The position numbers and the translations under genes were made by a program. Positions 33,535-37,986 of a stretch of 37,986 bases of DNA are shown here, piece by piece. The stretch spans positions 1 to 37,986 of the forward strand of contig JBFLZG010000005.1 of the NCBI GenBank assembly GCA_040756235.1. Reading direction: 5' to 3'. Every line of letters starts with the position of its first letter. Position 1 is the first letter of the stretch. The stretch comes from a bacterium. GTDB taxonomy: Bacteria > Desulfobacterota > DSWW01. A model generated the notes under the pieces. The model saw only the letters and a program-made list of their open reading frames with translations. It searched no databases and was not told where the DNA came from.

Positions 33535-34647
33535 ATGAACGACCTCGCAGTCCAATATCCCTGGGCGTTCCTGCTCCTCGCGCTGATTCCGGCCGTGATC
33601 TATGCGAGGAAGAGACTGGAGCGCAGGACCGACTTCTCGGGGATCTTCCTGATTTCGGGGAACCTGCGGCCGGGCGGCGTCCGCAGCACCGGCAGGGACG
33701 TCCTTTGCGGCCTGTTCCTGGGCTGTTCGGCCTTCGCCGTGGCGAACATCCAGTACTCCAGCTACTGGCAGAGGACGTACCTGGAATCGAAGTGGATCAT
33801 GCTCGTCCAGGACCTCTCCGGTTCCATGAACCGGCCGAGCGGAGAAGGGAGGATGACGCTCGGAGACGTCGCTCTGGCGGGAGCCAGGGAGTTCGTCGAG
33901 CTCAGGGGGAAGGACGATCTCATCGGGGTGGTGGCTTTCTCGAGCTACGCCAAGCTGGTCTGTCCGCCCACCTTCGATCGGGCCATTCTCAAGAGCAAGC
34001 TCGGCATGCTGGGCAAGGAATCCGATTCGCCCGTGTTCCGTCAGCTTTCCGTGGGCGGCGCCACGAACGCCTCCTACGCGTCCTGGGTGGCCCTGTGTGT
34101 CTTCTTCATGCTGCTGCCTGAGGAAAGCCAGCTTTCGTTCGAGGAGCTCGACGACTTGCGCTTCGCGCTGCTCGGAAAGACCCTGCGCCAGGTGTCGATC
34201 CCCGAGGAGCTGAAGCGGATCAACTTCGGGCACGGCATGGCGCTCGTGGTCTTCACCGACGGCCGGATCGAGCCCAACAAGAGCGAGGAGGACGTGCGCA
34301 AGGGGATCCCCAACTTCGTCAACGTTCTGGGCTTGACCAGACAGCTCGGCGTCAGGGTCTATCTCATCTCGGTCACGGGTGAGGTCAACCGGGAGATCGA
34401 GTCGGCTTTCGAGGACGGGGAGCCCGACCGGCGGACCGGGCAGATCTTCTACATGTCGGGTCGCTTCGACCGGAACACCATCGAGGAAGTCTACCGGCGG
34501 ATCGACGACATGGAGAAGAACAGGCTGCTGACCCAACTGAACAAGAGAAAACGGGATACCCGGTGGATGTTCGCCCTGGCCGCCCTGTGCTCCCTTTGTG
34601 TGTTCGGCCTGCTGGAGGTGATACCCCGGTACCGGCGGATAGGATGA
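33535..34647 (+). CDS. VWA-domain membrane protein (BatA/MxaC-like)
   Basis: YPWAFLLLAL N-terminus, MIDAS DLSGS, GGATN, FTDG, C-terminal TM. Confidence 0.88.
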   Translation: MNDLAVQYPWAFLLLALIPAVIYARKRLERRTDFSGIFLISGNLRPGGVRSTGRDVLCGLFLGCSAFAVANIQYSSYWQRTYLESKWIMLVQDLSGSMNRPSGEGRMTLGDVALAGAREFVELRGKDDLIGVVAFSSYAKLVCPPTFDRAILKSKLGMLGKESDSPVFRQLSVGGATNASYASWVALCVFFMLLPEESQLSFEELDDLRFALLGKTLRQVSIPEELKRINFGHGMALVVFTDGRIEPNKSEEDVRKGIPNFVNVLGLTRQLGVRVYLISVTGEVNREIESAFEDGEPDRRTGQIFYMSGRFDRNTIEEVYRRIDDMEKNRLLTQLNKRKRDTRWMFALAALCSLCVFGLLEVIPRYRRIG

Positions 34648-35411
34648 AAGGTGGCGGCATGAAGAAGATGATTCGTTTGGGGCTTCCCCTTCTTGCGGCG
34701 GTCACTCTGGCCGCTGTGGGCGTCCATGGCCTGGTCGGATTCGTCGAGGCCCGAAACCTGGCGGCTCGGAGCCGGCAGGCCAGGTTGGAGGTCGAGCGGG
34801 CGGACGCCCTGGCGGACCCCCTGGAGGCCATAGAGCGGTACAAGAGCATCGAGCCTTCCGCTCCGGAGATCGAGTTGCGAATCCTCCAGAGGCAATGGGC
34901 CGTGACGCTCGAGCTCCTCCGCCAGGTGCGCCGGATGCGTCACAACCCGCTTCTGGAGACCGACCTGGCCGCGCTCTACGGTCGCCTGCGGGACCATCTG
35001 GAAGAGATGCAGGATCGTTCTGCCACCCTGCTGGCCGAGGGCGCCGGGCTCTCTCCCGAGGTGGCCTGGAGAGCTTACAACCTGCAGGGCGCGGCGAAGC
35101 TGGTGTCCGCCTACACGGTCGTGGAGACCGAGAGGAACTACAAGAAGGTGGCGGCCATGTTGCGCGAGGCCATCTCCCACCTCAAGGCGGCCATCGAAGC
35201 CGTGGACAAGGGACCTTCGTCGGGGCTGGAAAGGAGCATCCCGCGCTGGAACATGGAGCTGCTCCACGCGGAGCAGATGGTGGAACGGTTCCAGCTTGCG
35301 GAGACGGACGTACAGAGGCAGCTGGACCTCCGGGACAACCTGGAGGCGATCCTGCCCGGACAGGGCGGCTATGCGCCCGGCGAGCCGGTGGACAGGAAGA
35401 TCCGCAAGTAG
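34644..35411 (+). CDS. Membrane-anchored TPR-like helical protein (MxaK/BatC-like)
   Basis: ATGA-coupled to the preceding gene; N-terminal anchor; AYNLQGAA...AI.HLKAAI...RWNMELL; positioned between two VWA genes. Confidence 0.6.
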   Translation: MKGGGMKKMIRLGLPLLAAVTLAAVGVHGLVGFVEARNLAARSRQARLEVERADALADPLEAIERYKSIEPSAPEIELRILQRQWAVTLELLRQVRRMRHNPLLETDLAALYGRLRDHLEEMQDRSATLLAEGAGLSPEVAWRAYNLQGAAKLVSAYTVVETERNYKKVAAMLREAISHLKAAIEAVDKGPSSGLERSIPRWNMELLHAEQMVERFQLAETDVQRQLDLRDNLEAILPGQGGYAPGEPVDRKIRK

Positions 35412-35423
35412 GGCAAGACTCCG

Positions 35424-36437
35424 ATGGGTCTGGAAAACCCGGGCTGGTTGTGGTTGTTGGGCATCATCCCCATGTTCCTCTGCCTGTCGGCAGGGTCGTG
35501 GAGGCGCTCGAGCCGCTGGCTCGCCGCCTTTTCGCATGAAAGAAGGCGGCCGGCCCGAGCCGCACTGAGCATTCTCTCCCTCTGCCTCTCCCTCGCAGCA
35601 GCGGTCCTGGCCCTCGCAGGGACCAAGATGCAGGTGGACAGGACGGTCTTCAATCGGAGCGGCATCGATCTGTGCATCGGGATCGATGTCTCCAAATCCA
35701 TGCTGGCCGAGGACGTGGTCCTGCCCCCGGACGGAAAGGGCCTCTTCCGGCTGCCGAACCGGCTGAACCGGGCCAGGGGTTTCTGCCTGGACCTCGTTTC
35801 GGAGCTGCAGGGCGAGCGGGTCGGCCTCTTCATGTTCGCCAACCGGGGCGTCGAGCTCGTTCCGTTCACCCGCGACTACGGCTATTTCCGGTACATGCTC
35901 CGGTACGTGAACGATACCGAGATCACCACCTCCGGAAGCGACCTGGGAGAGGCCGTCCTCACGGGTCTCGCCATGCTGGAAAGCGTCGGGCGGCAGGATG
36001 TGAAGCGTATGGTCCTGCTCTCGGACGGGGAGGACATCAGCCTGGACACGTCCTCCCTGTACGAATCGGCCCGACTGGCTGCCAGCCATGGGGTCAGGAT
36101 CTATACCGCGGCGGTCGGGACCGGCCGGCCGGTCCTGATCCCGATCCGCGACGCAGAGGGTGTTTCGGTCGTCGGCCACTACCTGGACGAGGAGGGTTCC
36201 TATCTGCGAACCCGTCTCGTTCCCGAAACCCTGGAGAGGATCGCGCAGACGACCGGGGGAGGGTTCCTCCGGGTCGATCAAGAGGATGCGACGAAGAAGC
36301 TGATGGACTCCCTGCTGTCGGACGCCAGGCAGCTCGAACAGACCCGGAGCGTCGAGCGGACGTGGATCGATCTGTCACCCTGGTTGCTCGCTTCGGGCAT
36401 GGGGTTCTTCATTCTGGGGATCCTCGTGAAGGGCTGA
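35424..36437 (+). CDS. VWA-domain membrane protein (BatB/MxaL-like)
   Basis: NPGWLWLL, MIDAS DVSKS, NRLNRAR, RVGLFMFA, PFTRDY, LLSDGED, LERIAQTTGG, C-terminal TM. Confidence 0.9.
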   Translation: MGLENPGWLWLLGIIPMFLCLSAGSWRRSSRWLAAFSHERRRPARAALSILSLCLSLAAAVLALAGTKMQVDRTVFNRSGIDLCIGIDVSKSMLAEDVVLPPDGKGLFRLPNRLNRARGFCLDLVSELQGERVGLFMFANRGVELVPFTRDYGYFRYMLRYVNDTEITTSGSDLGEAVLTGLAMLESVGRQDVKRMVLLSDGEDISLDTSSLYESARLAASHGVRIYTAAVGTGRPVLIPIRDAEGVSVVGHYLDEEGSYLRTRLVPETLERIAQTTGGGFLRVDQEDATKKLMDSLLSDARQLEQTRSVERTWIDLSPWLLASGMGFFILGILVKG

Positions 36438-36544
36438 TCTTCACTCGCCGAGCGATTGTCGCCGGCGTACGGGAAGGAGGCTCGAGGGAGTCACCGCGCG
36501 CGCGAGCCGGAGCGGCGCTGCGGCCTTTCCCCGGGAGAAATAGA

Positions 36545-36573
36545 TTGAGTTGGTGCCGGCTAATGCTTATGAT
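36545..36573 (+). promoter_or_regulatory. Sigma-70 promoter of the solute-binding protein gene
   Basis: TTGAGT-17-TATGAT. Confidence 0.55.
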
Positions 36574-36663
36574 AGGGCGACTTAGGAGAGAAGCTGCGGA
36601 AGGTGGATGGATGCGCGAGCCCACGGAATGGACCGGAAACCACATTCACAAGGAGGAGGAAAG

Positions 36664-37863
36664 ATGAAGAAGGGGTTGCTGTTCATCGTCTTGTTCGCGG
36701 CTGTGTGTATGATGGTCATGGGGTTGCAGGCCTGCAAGCAGAAGAGCCCGGAGCAGACGGAAGGTACTGCCGAGCAGGCTGCACCGGCCGAGGGAGGTGC
36801 GCCGGCCGAGCAGGCCGCGCCGGACGAACAGGCCGCACCTGCCAAGGAGACGATCCGGATCACCTGCTGGGCCGGTTATGCAGAGCCGTTTGCCGAAGGC
36901 TTCAAGACCCTGGTGAAGGACAAGTTCAAGACCGACCTCGAAATCCAGATCTATAATCCTACGGACCAGGACGAGTTCTTCATGGCGGCCAAGAACGGCA
37001 CCGCAGACCTCATCTCCCCGCCTGCGGACCTAGCCAAGACGCCCCGATTCTACATGTTCAACGAGGGCAGCTTTTACCTCCAGGAAGTGGACCTCGGGAA
37101 CATCCCCAATTCACAGAATATGCTGCCCTTCTTCAAAGAGGATCAGTCTGTCATGGTGGACGGCAAGCGGTACGGCCTTCCTTACAACTGCGGTCCCTAT
37201 GGACTGGACTACAACACGGAGGTCGTGAAGGAGGCGCCCACCAGCTGGAACGTGCTCTGGGACCCGCAGTATGCAGGCAAGTACACGGTCAACAACAACT
37301 TCCCGAAATGCAACGTCTGGATCACGGCCTTGTCGCTCGGCTACGGCTATGACGACATCTTCGACATTCAGAAGCTCGACCGTGCCAAGACCCAGGAGAA
37401 GCTGAACGTGCTGGCCAAGGGCGCGAAGAGTCTCTGGGACGGCTCCGCCAATCCGGACGAGTTCCCCGAGCTGGCCCTGGCGACCGACTGGGGGTTCGCG
37501 GCCGCTGCAGCCAACAAGAAAGGCGGCAAGTGGCTCATCGCGAGCCCCAAGGAAGGCGGCACGGCCTGGATCGACCTCTGGTGCATCACCACCGCAGCCA
37601 AGGGCACGAAGAAGCGTCTGTGCGAGGAATGGATCAACTACCAGCTGTCGCCCGAGATCCAGGCCGAGGTGGTGAAGCAGCAGGGTGTGTCGCCCGTCGT
37701 GAACAACGCGGCGTCTCTGCTGACGCCCGAGGAAGTCAAGCTGTTCCACGTGGGGGCCCAGGACTACTTCAAGACCGTCGCCATCTGGCGCGTGATGAGC
37801 GAGGAAACCGAGAAGGCCTTTGGCGAGATGTGGGAGGAAGCCAAGAAGCAGAGGGCCGAGTAA
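36664..37863 (+). CDS. PotD/PotF-like ABC solute-binding lipoprotein
   Basis: RBS AAGGAGG; lipobox LQAC; AEQAAP-repeat linker; WAGY, PTSWNVLWDPQYAGK, PKEGGTAWID, WINYQLSPE. Confidence 0.85.
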   Translation: MKKGLLFIVLFAAVCMMVMGLQACKQKSPEQTEGTAEQAAPAEGGAPAEQAAPDEQAAPAKETIRITCWAGYAEPFAEGFKTLVKDKFKTDLEIQIYNPTDQDEFFMAAKNGTADLISPPADLAKTPRFYMFNEGSFYLQEVDLGNIPNSQNMLPFFKEDQSVMVDGKRYGLPYNCGPYGLDYNTEVVKEAPTSWNVLWDPQYAGKYTVNNNFPKCNVWITALSLGYGYDDIFDIQKLDRAKTQEKLNVLAKGAKSLWDGSANPDEFPELALATDWGFAAAAANKKGGKWLIASPKEGGTAWIDLWCITTAAKGTKKRLCEEWINYQLSPEIQAEVVKQQGVSPVVNNAASLLTPEEVKLFHVGAQDYFKTVAIWRVMSEETEKAFGEMWEEAKKQRAE

Positions 37864-37886
37864 GACCTCGGAAACCGGAAGACCAC

Positions 37887-37920
37887 AAAGGGGCAGGCCT
37901 GGGCGGCTGCCCCTTTTTTT
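37887..37920 (+). terminator. Intrinsic terminator
   Basis: AAAGGGGCAG...CTGCCCCTTTTTTT. Confidence 0.85.
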
Positions 37921-37986
37921 CTTCGTCCAGCCCGGGCGGGTGGGCATAAGCCCCCACCCCCCCCCCCCCGAGCAGCAAACCCCCCC

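Noticed and set aside
37950..37986. Poly-C tract / G-quadruplex
   Set aside because: Low-complexity sequence at the window end; may be a contig-end artefact.

Overview
GC-rich bacterial DNA whose gene content (c3-type cytochrome, NfnAB, ResB/CcsB) suggests an anaerobic Desulfobacterota-like organism (inference). The left ~12 kb is a genomic island at tRNA-Ala(GGC). It holds a P4-type integrase, a class III ribonucleotide reductase (NrdD) with a C-terminal CxxC glutaredoxin-like domain, and an HTH replication-initiator-like gene containing palindromic iterons. It also holds a TetR gene, gene scraps, and nested IS21/IS66/IS1634 pieces with a complete group II intron whose EBS1 pairs with the complement of a Shine-Dalgarno sequence. 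The middle (12.3-23.5 kb) is metabolic: acyl-CoA dehydrogenase, a small AcsC/HgcA-like protein, nfnAB/sudAB, LOG, speDE, cytochrome c biogenesis and a tetraheme cytochrome. The right part is the best candidate for an undescribed system. A single-chain EutB-EutC ethanolamine ammonia-lyase with an apparent Sec signal peptide is followed by a membrane protein, a BtuCDF/FecCD-type ABC transporter and a six-gene MoxR/DUF58/VWA cluster in mxaRSACKL order. No microcompartment or eutA genes are present. All assignments come from motifs read by eye; no database searches were run.
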